A stretch of 64,000 nt of DNA, from the IMG/VR virus record IMGVR_UViG_3300033156_000724, one strand, 5' to 3'. The translations under genes and the position numbers were made by a program. This document shows positions 33,020 through 42,240 of the stretch, piece by piece; within the stretch, counting starts at the first letter, position 1, and each line of letters starts with the position of its first letter. Origin of the DNA: an uncultured virus (IMG/VR IMGVR_UViG_3300033156_000724). Taxonomy: Duplodnaviria > Heunggongvirae > Uroviricota > Caudoviricetes. The notes beneath the pieces were generated by a model. That model ran no database searches, was not told the DNA's origin, and was given only the letters and a program-made list of their open reading frames with translations.

Positions 33020-33108
33020 ATATAACGTCCTAATAACTTGCATGTAGGGCTTGCACACCCCTTAAAAGAGCCCTCCCACCCGTCATCCCCTGGCAATTAT
33101 CGACTCTT
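33020..33108 (-). repeat. Long attC-like element, copy 2 (one arm lost)
   Basis: taacgtcctaataac.tgcatgtagggcttgcacaccccttaaaagagc...ggcaattatcgactctt shared with copy 1. Confidence 0.75.
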
Positions 33109-33262
33109 CCTCAACCTGAACGGTCACGGAAATCGTCAGAGTGTGTGTTTGTGTGCACACTGGACACTTCACATGTTTAATTACTTCCAAACCGAAGCAG
33201 GGCTTAATTTCGACTTCAAAACCCTGCATGCATCTGCCGCATGGGATGATTATTTTATACAC
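33083..33262 (-). CDS. Small zinc-ribbon protein (59 aa, not in the ORF track)
   Basis: GGAGG RBS and GTG start; MYKIIIPCGRC...KCPVCTQ. Confidence 0.55.
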   Translation of the reverse strand: MYKIIIPCGRCMQGFEVEIKPCFGLEVIKHVKCPVCTQTHTLTISVTVQVEEESIIARG

Positions 33263-33560
33263 CTACGCCTCCATTTGTTCACGAATTTTGGGATGAGCAA
33301 CTTTTAAGTGTCAAGTTAAGTACCTAATTACCCTCTATATTGTTATACAAACATATTGCCAAACAAAACCAAAGTACAACAACAAACCAATCACAAACAG
33401 CACTTAAATCTTTTTCAAGCAAATTTATAACAAGATTAGTAAGAGTTATAAATACACATAAAATAATTGCAGATATATATATATTCATATTTTTAAACTT
33501 CTCTGTAAAAAGTTGTGCAGTAGCTGCCTTAAACTCCGTTGTAAGGATTTATTAGCATTC

Positions 33561-34211
33561 CTACCTAAAATCTTTTGCTTTGATTTTGGCAATGACCCGT
33601 TCTCCTCTTCGATTAAACAATTCAACTTTTGGACGCATAACAAGCCCTTCAGGTAACATTTTTCGTAACTTCGATTCGTACCCACCTTTGACCATTGCAA
33701 CACCTTCAAGCAACGTGCCCTCACCAATAACGGGTACTGTCTTAATCATAAGCTTCTCACCGATATCCTTAACGTTGTGATGTTCAAGCCACATACCATT
33801 AATATTCACATCGAAAAGGATAAAACTAACGCCGTTTGAAATGTAATTGCCACCACCTTTTTGGATTTTGGCTCCATAACCTTCACCATACAAACATAAT
33901 GGAGGCAACTCATTAGTTATGAAGATTTCAGGATAAAAAAGTGCAGCAAGTTTATCAAGGAGGAATTTTGGAATATCTGCCCGGTCTGTTTTCCCGGCGA
34001 AAGTAACGTGTTCACCGTTCCACTTCACACGGATATTCGTGCCATCTACTTTCTCGGTAAATATCCATATATTATTCTTGAGATAGTCGAACTCAGGCTT
34101 TGCAAATTGACCTTCCAGTAATGTTTTATGCTTCGTCGCAGGATCACGTAAATATACTGTTTGAATTTTATGATACTCTTTCATTTTGTAATTTCTCCAT
34201 TTGTCAACCAC
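33561..34211 (-). CDS. RNA ligase (Rnl2-like nucleotidyltransferase)
   Basis: Motif I EKVDGTN, YGEGYG, FILFDV, EGLVMRP, AKIK. Confidence 0.85.
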   Translation of the reverse strand: MVDKWRNYKMKEYHKIQTVYLRDPATKHKTLLEGQFAKPEFDYLKNNIWIFTEKVDGTNIRVKWNGEHVTFAGKTDRADIPKFLLDKLAALFYPEIFITNELPPLCLYGEGYGAKIQKGGGNYISNGVSFILFDVNINGMWLEHHNVKDIGEKLMIKTVPVIGEGTLLEGVAMVKGGYESKLRKMLPEGLVMRPKVELFNRRGERVIAKIKAKDFR

Positions 34212-34213
34212 AA

Positions 34214-34684
34214 TTATTTATACAGTATCTCGGTCATTTCTTCATCTGCTGATTTTTTTATCTTTTCCACTCTTTCCTTTAACAACATCTTGGTTTTTTG
34301 TTGTTCTTTTTCATAAATTTCAGCAATTATTTCTTCCTCTGCTAATTTTTCTATCTTTTCCACTCTCGCCTTTAACATTCCTTCTAATAAAATTAGATAA
34401 TTGATAGAATAGCCGATCTTTTTGTCAATCATTGCGTCTGTTAACTTCTCAGGCGAACGATCTGACATTTCAACTAAATCTAACACTGAAACAATATGTT
34501 CTACCCACATACCGACCAGGGCTTTTTCTGGTGTCGTGTCTAATATTCTCGCCGCAATGTTAAAATTATGGTATCTATCACAACCCATCGCATATTCTTT
34601 AGCCTTTTCTGATAATACAGACCGGATTGATTCTATTCGGTCATCCACTATTTCATCAAACTGTGTATCGTATTTCATAAACAC
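34214..34684 (-). CDS. Phage nucleotide-modification-associated (MazG-like fold) protein
   Basis: LSEKAKEYA...DRYHNF...INYLILL. Confidence 0.5.
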   Translation of the reverse strand: MFMKYDTQFDEIVDDRIESIRSVLSEKAKEYAMGCDRYHNFNIAARILDTTPEKALVGMWVEHIVSVLDLVEMSDRSPEKLTDAMIDKKIGYSINYLILLEGMLKARVEKIEKLAEEEIIAEIYEKEQQKTKMLLKERVEKIKKSADEEMTEILYK

Positions 34685-34685
34685 C

Positions 34686-34761
34686 TCCTAACGCAAAGTT
34701 CACTTATCGGAAAGCCGACAAGGATAGTTTTTTGCCGTCAGAGTCGAGCGACTGATTATGC
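34686..34761 (-). repeat. attC site (possibly hybrid)
   Basis: tcctaac...gccgtcagagtcgagcgactg attatgc. Confidence 0.7.
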
Positions 34762-34959
34762 TGTTCCAATACCTTGATTCGCTTCTGTAGCAACATGTTT
34801 TCAGCTTCGAGATTGTTTATTTTAGCTTGTTGTTCATGCCGCTCATTTATTTCCATCTGTCGAGAAATCCATTCACATTCTTTAGGATTAAAACAATCTC
34901 TACCAATTACACCTCCACAACTGTTACATATCATAATCATTTCTCCTTTCCCCAAAAAG

Positions 34960-35014
34960 ACATAATATCTAAGCTGAACCACCGGTATCAGTCGGCTCAA
35001 GCGGCTGGTTAGAT
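34960..35014 (-). repeat. attC site
   Basis: acataat atctaagctga...ctcaagcggctg gttagat. Confidence 0.85.
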
Positions 35015-35226
35015 TTCATCCCCATAATCCTGCATATCACGTTCCCGTTCGGCTAATATGCATTGACTCACATGATAGGAATTATGAAGCTCCGCAAGTA
35101 GCCAATCGGGGGTATATTTAGGATTCACCCTCTTAAGAATTCTTTCAATACTATCTACAACAGATTTTGCCTGAGTCCGATGATACTTTCTTGCTGACTT
35201 TGCTCCCAAAATAACCTCCTTTAAAA

Positions 35227-35286
35227 ATCTAACGTCTTAGCTGACCTGCGGCGACTTTTGGCGTCCGCTCAAGCGGCTGGTTATAT
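35227..35286 (-). repeat. Canonical attC site
   Basis: atctaac gtcttagctga...ggcgac tttt ggcgtcc...tcaagcggctg gttatat. Confidence 0.9.
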
Positions 35287-35817
35287 AGGTAAGTTCACTG
35301 TTGATTTAACTTCATTACCCCAAACATCCCAGCCATCTCGCACTTGCCGTGCAAAGATATCGGCTCTATTCTCAGCTAAAGATTTTATCATCTCATAAAA
35401 TTTATTTGGTTTTTGGGAATGCTTAATATTTGGTGCTGAAAAAGCTAAAGGGATTAACGGTCGTTTTGGCCATAAATCAGGTTTTTCCTTATATCCAACC
35501 AATATGAATTCAACATTCCATCTAAAACCAAACAATGGCATCCCTGCAGATTTACCATAAGTTTTTTTCCATACACCTGTAACAAGGTGACTAAACCCCC
35601 ATGTCTCTAATACCTCTTTAGCATCAAAGAGATGCTTTTGGGTAGCCCACAAGAATAACCAACAATTGTCATCTGCAATACTATCTATAGGCAATGATTT
35701 GATTTGTTCTATGCTCATAGTTTTGTAATCCATTGTCACCTGTTTTGGCCGTACCTTGCGTGTAAGCTTCTTTACTGGCCAGGGAGGATCAACAACAATT
35801 AATCCATATTTTTTCAT
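35281..35817 (-). CDS. MT-A70 family adenine methyltransferase
   Basis: VDPPW, LFLWAT, HSQKP, DIFARQ.RDGWDVWGNE; stop codon lies inside the attC R'' core; start taken at MKKYG. Confidence 0.88.
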   Translation of the reverse strand: MKKYGLIVVDPPWPVKKLTRKVRPKQVTMDYKTMSIEQIKSLPIDSIADDNCWLFLWATQKHLFDAKEVLETWGFSHLVTGVWKKTYGKSAGMPLFGFRWNVEFILVGYKEKPDLWPKRPLIPLAFSAPNIKHSQKPNKFYEMIKSLAENRADIFARQVRDGWDVWGNEVKSTVNLPI

Positions 35818-35839
35818 AAGGTCTCCTATACGAAATGCC

Positions 35840-35897
35840 ATATAACATTTAGTTTAACAGGCAAGCTTTTCCGCTCTGCTGCAATGACTGGTTATAT
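35840..35897 (-). repeat. attC site
   Basis: atataac atttagtttaacagg...gttatat; similar to the 26034 site. Confidence 0.8.
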
Positions 35898-35956
35898 TTT
35901 TCCACTTCAAAATAGCTCTGCAATAGTTGCACACTTTATCCCCTCTACGTTTAGAT

Positions 35957-36015
35957 GAATAATATAAAGCTAACTTGTGCTGTCTTTTGGCGTCAAGTTG
36001 AGCGACTTGTTAGCA
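35957..36015 (-). repeat. attC site
   Basis: aagctaacttg...caagttgagcgactt gttagca; ORF ends ANKSLNLTPK. Confidence 0.8.
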
Positions 36016-36295
36016 ATTTTTGTGAGATCATCTAACACAGATAAATCATTATTTAGAAAGCGCGTGATTATGGTGGCAGGATCAATAGTACAACTATGTA
36101 CTAATTTATCGCTATTGCAATAAGGACAACTTGTCTTATGATCAAAATACGAAGCATGCCATTTTTTACAAGAACGGCAGCAATAGACAAAGGTTACGTG
36201 CATACTATAGTTATATTTCAATTTCATCCTAATAATCCTTTATGGTTATATTAATGATTTGGAAAACTTGAAAACTTCCACAACACCTCCTCCAA

Positions 36296-36382
36296 TAAGG
36301 TTTGCACACCCCTCAGAAAGGCACTCCCACCTGTCTTCCCCTGGCAATTACTGGACCCTACCGACAGCCCAACCCTATACAG
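36296..36382 (-). repeat. Long attC-like element, copy 3 (diverged, array-proximal)
   Basis: ttgcacacccct...cactcccacc..tcttcccctggcaatta...accgaca..c.accct. Confidence 0.65.
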
Positions 36383-36398
36383 TATTCTTTGATTTTAA

Positions 36399-36800
36399 TT
36401 ATAATTTCTCCAAAAAATTAAACTCCTTTAGATTGCTTGAGCAACAATCAATTAGCTCCTGTGTTGTTACAATCCCTCCATCTATACATTTCACCAAATC
36501 TTTTTTTGTTATTCGTTTACCGTATTTATTATAGTTTGCATATATAGTTTGTTTGGATTCAGAAATTCCGAAGTGCTCCCGAATTTCACGCTGTTTCCAT
36601 CTACCTTTTGTTAGCTTAATCATTGCTCTTAATCGTTCTCCTACAAACTTAGTAATTTTTATAAATAGCTCTTCTTTTTCAGAGTCCAGCATTTTCTCTG
36701 GATTTTTCATCATCATGCTCCTCGCTTGGCTGTGGCCCGATTTCTCTGGGAACCCGAAACGCAGAACGTGATGTTCTTTCATGGTTATCAAGAACAACAT
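36399..36800 (-). CDS. Hypothetical protein, possibly HTH (true start probably near 36716)
   Basis: KQREIREHFGISESK HTH-like segment. Confidence 0.45.
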   Translation of the reverse strand: MLFLITMKEHHVLRFGFPEKSGHSQARSMMMKNPEKMLDSEKEELFIKITKFVGERLRAMIKLTKGRWKQREIREHFGISESKQTIYANYNKYGKRITKKDLVKCIDGGIVTTQELIDCCSSNLKEFNFLEKL

Positions 36801-38412
36801 TAAACTTCTGATTTATACATCCCAACCTTCTAATCAAGGTTCCCAATTGTCTTTGTCGTATGTCAGCACCCTTTTTTATTTTAGTCCATAATGAAAAATT
36901 ATCTAAAAATATATACCAACACCCATTATGTATAAACGGCTGCTTATCAATAACAGCCTCATCTAATGTAAGCTTGTTGGAGCTTTCCAGATAATCTTCT
37001 ATCCAATATTTAACCACTCCCTTATCACTAACTTCCTCCCCTATTTCTCGAACATTTTCTTCTGCTAATATTAACAACTGTTGAATATGATTATCCCATT
37101 CTTTTGGTTTAAACCGGGTAATAATTTTACCTGTTGTAGCTGCAATTTTATTTCTAAACTGAGGTTGTGATGTAAAATGTTGGATTTTTAAGGTGATTTC
37201 TTCTACCTTGCCGTTATATTCAATATGAATTACATAATCCGGGTCTTCAGATAAATATTTCTCAATCTTAATAATCTTAACTCCCATCCGGATACTTACA
37301 TCTTTACGTAATTTTTCTGATGGGCTATCTTCTTCAGATGGATTTAATTCCTCAGATAATTGAAGATTTTTAATGTCCTGCTGAATTTCAAATGATTCGG
37401 AAATTGCGTCGTCTCTTGCATTGATAATTGTACGAGCATAATATTGAGTATTATTAAATTTTAGATCATGACCATGATATTCACGATGGGCTATTAAAAG
37501 ATCAACTATTTCTTGCGGTTTCCATTTTGCTCTGGCTGCAAACCCAGCCAGCGCCATATCGTAACCACTTGGGCTAGTATCATTTAAATCTCCTTGCCTC
37601 TGATTTTCCCATGTTGCCTGAAACTTTCCGAATATTGCCCACAACTGCGCGAACTTGGCTGGCGGCGGCTGGCGATTTTTTGCAAGAATAAATCTTTTGC
37701 CAGCCAGATTGATTTTACTCGAATCGGTTGAGCGGTTATCGTTTGTATCGTCAGGCAAAAATTCCTCAAGATCACCAGGATTATACCTCAGATCGTTAAA
37801 TTCTATTATTTTAACAATAACAGGATCTTTCTTGCAATTATAACTCTCCGGGGGCCGTAAGATTCTAACGAGATCTTGGACACTATCAATGCTCCATCCT
37901 TGTTGCATTGCAATAGTGTGAAAACAAAGTTTGATACGACGCAAAAACTTCATTGCACTGATACGATCTTCAGGAGTCTTGAGTTCCCACATTTCTTTGA
38001 ACACCCAATATGCCTGAAGGCCATGCCCAGAATGCACAACCACAGTTGGGTCAAACCCATGACCGTGGATAACGCTCATAGCGTCGTCTAATGTAGGCGG
38101 ATATCTTTTGCTTTTATGATGACCACAAGTTCCAAAATCAATATCAGCAAAGACAGCCGGCAATGCTATTACCGGCCTGCCCTTGCTTTCATCAAGATGA
38201 CAACGTTGATCTTTTTTGTATTTTTTACCCGATAAACCAACCTGAAAATATTGATCTCTCTTTGGGTTTTTTAAAATAAAATCAACAGCCTGATCGATAT
38301 CAGGCGTCCAAAAAGAACTGCCACCCCTTTTCTTCCCGGGTCTCCATATTAACAGGTGTGATCCATCAGGCTTATCATCATAAAGCAACCTGAAAAAATC
38401 ACAAAGATTCAT
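36679..38412 (-). CDS. RepB-type DNA primase / replication protein
   Basis: FADIDF, VVHSGHGLQAYW, RILRPPESYN. Confidence 0.8.
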   Translation of the reverse strand: MNLCDFFRLLYDDKPDGSHLLIWRPGKKRGGSSFWTPDIDQAVDFILKNPKRDQYFQVGLSGKKYKKDQRCHLDESKGRPVIALPAVFADIDFGTCGHHKSKRYPPTLDDAMSVIHGHGFDPTVVVHSGHGLQAYWVFKEMWELKTPEDRISAMKFLRRIKLCFHTIAMQQGWSIDSVQDLVRILRPPESYNCKKDPVIVKIIEFNDLRYNPGDLEEFLPDDTNDNRSTDSSKINLAGKRFILAKNRQPPPAKFAQLWAIFGKFQATWENQRQGDLNDTSPSGYDMALAGFAARAKWKPQEIVDLLIAHREYHGHDLKFNNTQYYARTIINARDDAISESFEIQQDIKNLQLSEELNPSEEDSPSEKLRKDVSIRMGVKIIKIEKYLSEDPDYVIHIEYNGKVEEITLKIQHFTSQPQFRNKIAATTGKIITRFKPKEWDNHIQQLLILAEENVREIGEEVSDKGVVKYWIEDYLESSNKLTLDEAVIDKQPFIHNGCWYIFLDNFSLWTKIKKGADIRQRQLGTLIRRLGCINQKFNVVLDNHERTSRSAFRVPREIGPQPSEEHDDEKSRENAGL

Positions 38413-38413
38413 A

Positions 38414-39139
38414 TCAGGCGCCAGTATCTTGTGTTAAATCATTTACAATCTCTTCAGCAGTCGCCTGAAGCATCGGAGCAATTTTTTCAGAATACTCTTT
38501 CCAGAAACCAGGATTCGGCACTGGCCCTGCTACACTGAATTTTGCTTTAGAAAACTTAACACCATCAGCATTCTTGTCTGGCTCCAACTCAATCCTGGTG
38601 ATTCTCTCATAAAAATTAATGCCATTGGAAGCAAGTCGTAGTAAATATTTCTTAGCTGAATTCAAACTTGTAGGTGGAAGATTTATCACATACGGAAGAG
38701 CCGCGTCCGGCATCACGATAAAAATAAACCTTCTTTCCCGGCAAGCCTGAGACCTGGTATTTGGAGCACTCCCAAATTCAGATAATGGACATTGCAAACA
38801 TAGTCCACCGGGCTCTCCTCTGCCGTGTATAAGATCCACAGATACACAGTCAGGGGGTGCACCCCCTCCAGATTCATCGTATGATATTGACCAATACACC
38901 CGTGCCGTAGCAGTATATACGATAATGCCCTCAATATGTTTGGCATCTTTCTCGCCGTCGATAGTATCATAAGTCCATATTTTCCCACCCCCGGCAGGTA
39001 TGCTAATTTTATCCAAATCCAACGGATTGATCTTAACATTTCCGAGATTTGCCTTGATGATTGAGGTAATATCAACGTTCATGGTTACTGCCGCATACTC
39101 CGTGGCTTCTGTTGCCACAACTACTTCTCTTTTTTCCAT
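38414..39139 (-). CDS. Putative ssDNA-binding protein
   Basis: PDCVSVD...CLQCPLSEFGS...ACRE, LPPTS; acidic tail; replication context. Confidence 0.55.
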   Translation of the reverse strand: MEKREVVVATEATEYAAVTMNVDITSIIKANLGNVKINPLDLDKISIPAGGGKIWTYDTIDGEKDAKHIEGIIVYTATARVYWSISYDESGGGAPPDCVSVDLIHGRGEPGGLCLQCPLSEFGSAPNTRSQACRERRFIFIVMPDAALPYVINLPPTSLNSAKKYLLRLASNGINFYERITRIELEPDKNADGVKFSKAKFSVAGPVPNPGFWKEYSEKIAPMLQATAEEIVNDLTQDTGA

Positions 39140-39154
39140 GTCCCATCCTCCGTG

Positions 39155-39562
39155 TTATTTGGTTCTGATTAAATTAAACTTCTCCGATGGTTCAATAACC
39201 TTAATTAAATGTGGGGGAAGCGAATCCCCCGCTCTTTCCACCTCTCTCACATATGCCGCAAACGCATTGGCGTTATAGTTTTCCTTGAGAAAGTCTTCAG
39301 CAATACCGTCCTCTTTCATGGCTCGTATCACATCGACACGGGTTTTACCATCCTTAAACTTAGGCCATATTTGAGATCGAACATACAAAGTTCCAAGACC
39401 ATCTAATGTCATTTTGCTCACGCCTGCCATCGACATCTGCTCCAACAATATTTGTTCCACCTTCGCTTTTGTGTTTTTAATTGATTTGATCTGTGCCTCA
39501 AGATCTTTTTGTTTTTTATCCAGTTCAGCGTACTGAACCATCATTGCTATATCAACGGTCAT
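39155..39562 (-). CDS. Coiled-coil phage replication-region protein
   Basis: N-terminal coiled coil, GTLYVRS; synteny. Confidence 0.5.
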   Translation of the reverse strand: MTVDIAMMVQYAELDKKQKDLEAQIKSIKNTKAKVEQILLEQMSMAGVSKMTLDGLGTLYVRSQIWPKFKDGKTRVDVIRAMKEDGIAEDFLKENYNANAFAAYVREVERAGDSLPPHLIKVIEPSEKFNLIRTK

Positions 39563-39614
39563 ATTATACCCCTCTTTATAATAAATTGATGCTGTTAATG
39601 GATTCTTGCTTTAT

Positions 39615-41015
39615 TCACGATGTCCTTAATTGCGTTAATACATATTCCACAACGGCCTTTTTCTTGGATAGGCTGTTATACACATCGGTATCAACAGTAC
39701 CCTCGGCCAATAAATGATAATATGTTACCGGGGTGGTTTGACCAGGCCTATCGACTCTTGCAAGAGATTGTTCATAATCTCTAAGACTATATCCAGTAGA
39801 AAAATAAATACAATATCGAGCCCTTGTCAGGTCAATCCCAACACTACCTGACTTAATAATCTGACTTACAATAGTATTAAATTTACCATCTTTCCATTCT
39901 TTTAGTTGCTTTATCTGCCCGGATAATTCTGCGGCCGGACGACCCATTTTCTCAGATAGTTTTTTAATTCGCTGGATCTCATTAGTAAATCGTGCGAAAA
40001 TAACAATCGGTTCATCAATAGGCAAATCTTCAAATATATCTGCAAGAACATTCAATTTTGCATTGCAAATAATTTTTGATTCCCCACTATCTAATTTAAC
40101 AAAACCACCAGTTATCTGCCCAAGTCTAAGTAGCTTAACAAGAACATTAGCCGCTGTAATTTTATCCCCAATTTCATCAAGCCACGCAACAAACTCAACC
40201 TTCAAACTATTATAAATCTTTTGCGCTTCTCTTGAAAGCCGGCACGTCCGTATCTCGTGCATAACCGATGGAAGATCAAGGACATCATTCTTCTTAACGC
40301 GGTGTGCTCTCGTATAAAATATGGCCCTTAGTTCCTCCTCTCGTTGATAACCGACAACTTTTTTGAAGTCACCCATGTCCTTTATAATAGCATATCGATT
40401 TCTAAACTGTGTGAAATTTTTATTATATATATTAAAGTTCATAAATCTGAATTGACCATAAATATCTAATGGCGTATCCATGGGGGTACCGGTTAAACAT
40501 AGTCTGAATTTTGCTCTCCCTAATTTTGCGATCTGATAATTAAACCACGAGGTTTTTGATCTAGGTGACGCTAATCGGTGAGATTCATCAGCAATAACCA
40601 TATCCCACATAGTTGATAGAATAACACCCTTGTTTATAATTCTATTCTTTTTATTATAATCAGGCCCCAACCCAGGGCGCCAAGCTGATTCATAATTAAC
40701 AATAACAGCCAACCTGTGTGAGGTGATGCGTTGCAATTCCAAAGCACTGCTAAGAATTTGAGCTTTTTTCTTAACACTACCTTTGTTTAATACCAAACAC
40801 TTCCATTTTTCTTTTGAGTGTTTTGCGAATTGCTCCGGCCAAACATCCATAACAGATACCGGGCATTGAATTAATATTTTTCGGGCTTCTTTTCTGTTAG
40901 CCAATTCGATAGCTTCATAAGTTTTCCCACACCCCATATCGTGGGCAAACATGAACTCTGTAAACGGCATAGCCATCCTAATGGCTTCTTCCTGGTGTTC
41001 CCATGTTTGTGTCAA
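39615..41015 (-). CDS. SNF2-like SF2 helicase
   Basis: DMGCGKT, VIADESH, LTGTP, QSLARVDRPGQ. Confidence 0.9.
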   Translation of the reverse strand: MTQTWEHQEEAIRMAMPFTEFMFAHDMGCGKTYEAIELANRKEARKILIQCPVSVMDVWPEQFAKHSKEKWKCLVLNKGSVKKKAQILSSALELQRITSHRLAVIVNYESAWRPGLGPDYNKKNRIINKGVILSTMWDMVIADESHRLASPRSKTSWFNYQIAKLGRAKFRLCLTGTPMDTPLDIYGQFRFMNFNIYNKNFTQFRNRYAIIKDMGDFKKVVGYQREEELRAIFYTRAHRVKKNDVLDLPSVMHEIRTCRLSREAQKIYNSLKVEFVAWLDEIGDKITAANVLVKLLRLGQITGGFVKLDSGESKIICNAKLNVLADIFEDLPIDEPIVIFARFTNEIQRIKKLSEKMGRPAAELSGQIKQLKEWKDGKFNTIVSQIIKSGSVGIDLTRARYCIYFSTGYSLRDYEQSLARVDRPGQTTPVTYYHLLAEGTVDTDVYNSLSKKKAVVEYVLTQLRTS

Positions 41016-41032
41016 AATATATACTCCCCCAC

Positions 41033-41290
41033 TTATTTATTGACAAATTCAACGAGCACCGATCCGTCTTCCTTTATTAAATTATTCTCGCTGAGTAATG
41101 TTTTGGTGAGCAAGTCACCAACATTGATATATCCATCCGACTCTTTAAAAATAATCAATGCAGTAAGCAAGCTCGGGACTTTTTCTTTTTTTTTTAACCT
41201 CGAAATATACGACGGGTGTCGCCTTATCTTATTAGCGAAATCCACATTTTTCATCCTCACCTCGTCTAAGTAATTCTGAATACTCATCAT
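41033..41290 (-). CDS. Cro-like HTH regulator
   Basis: NVDFANKIRRHPSYISRL...PSL; divergent from 41408. Confidence 0.65.
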   Translation of the reverse strand: MMSIQNYLDEVRMKNVDFANKIRRHPSYISRLKKKEKVPSLLTALIIFKESDGYINVGDLLTKTLLSENNLIKEDGSVLVEFVNK

Positions 41291-41340
41291 ATTTTCATCC
41301 TTTCTGATTTTTCGATGAGGATATATTATTTTTGATACAT

Positions 41341-41360
41341 AGTCAAGAAATTTCTTGACT
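41341..41360. promoter_or_regulatory. Palindromic operator / divergent -35 boxes
   Basis: agtcaagaaatttcttgact is a perfect palindrome with TTGACT on both strands between divergent genes. Confidence 0.65.
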
Positions 41361-41407
41361 AATATGCATTTTTATTTAATAAGTATGAAAAATACCACGG
41401 AGGACCA

Positions 41408-41650
41408 ATGAAAAAAATTAAAGGCATTTCATTGTCGATATCAGACGAAGAAGTTTCATATAATCCAGGATATATTATCAGGGATTCGCCATTTATTCTT
41501 ATTCAAGAATTTGTCAATGGGAATTCATCTCTGCGCGATGAGATTATTAATCTTATTAAAAAAATCCCAGATCCAAACAAACATGAAACTTATATTGGTA
41601 AAAAAGAACTCAAACTTCTAAAACAAGCATGGAGAAAAATTGATGGGTAA
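41408..41650 (+). CDS. Hypothetical protein
   Basis: GGAGG RBS; first gene of a short + strand unit. Confidence 0.5.
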   Translation: MKKIKGISLSISDEEVSYNPGYIIRDSPFILIQEFVNGNSSLRDEIINLIKKIPDPNKHETYIGKKELKLLKQAWRKIDG

Positions 41651-42240
41651 AATATTTTGGTTCGATACAGAAACTACGGGGCTTAACCCTGCGATCCACG
41701 GAATCACAGAGCTGTCAGCCCTAATTGAGATCGACGGAAACATAGTTGAAGAATTAACTTATTATATTAAACCTCATGACAAGGCTGAGATTGATACAAC
41801 GGCCATAGAAGTACAAGGCAAAACGCTGGATGAAATTTACCAGCGCGGTGAAAACGAAAGAACCGTGTATTTAAATCTTAAAAAAAAGCTTGCCAAATAT
41901 GTTAATAAATTTAACAAAACAGATAAGTTTGTACAAGCAGGTTATAATACAAACTTCGATGATGGATTCCTCCGTGAATTATTTGCCCGCAACAATGATA
42001 AATATTATGGTAGATAAATATTATGGTAGTTGGTTTATAAATGCAAGAATCGACGTTTTAACCCTAGTTGCCATAGCCTGCTCAATCCATAAATATCCAG
42101 TCAATAATTTCAAACTTACTACAATAAGCAATTATTATGAAATTCCATTAAATGCCCACAGAACTCTAGACGATATCGTGGCTACCAGAACATTATATAA
42201 CATTTTAATAAAGGAGATTAAAGATGGGTGTCCGCATTAG
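41640..42240 (+). pseudogene. DnaQ-like DEDD 3'-5' exonuclease, frameshifted by a 16-bp tandem duplication
   Basis: FDTETTG, AGYNTNFD, then H.TLDDI in another frame; gataaatattatggta repeated at 41997-42028. Confidence 0.8.

Larger units (their letters stand above)
25469..36382 (-). mobile_element. Integron-type gene-cassette array (attC cluster, no integron integrase in window) inside the phage replication arm
   Basis: ~25 imperfect palindromes with RYYYAAC...GTTRRRY ends at the 3' ends of co-oriented small ORFs; cassette-terminal cores are complementary. Confidence 0.88.

Noticed and set aside
25469..36382. Intergenic palindromes as simple rho-independent terminators
   Set aside because: They lack 3' U-tracts, have AAC/GTT cores with bulged stems, and show cassette-specific end complementarity.
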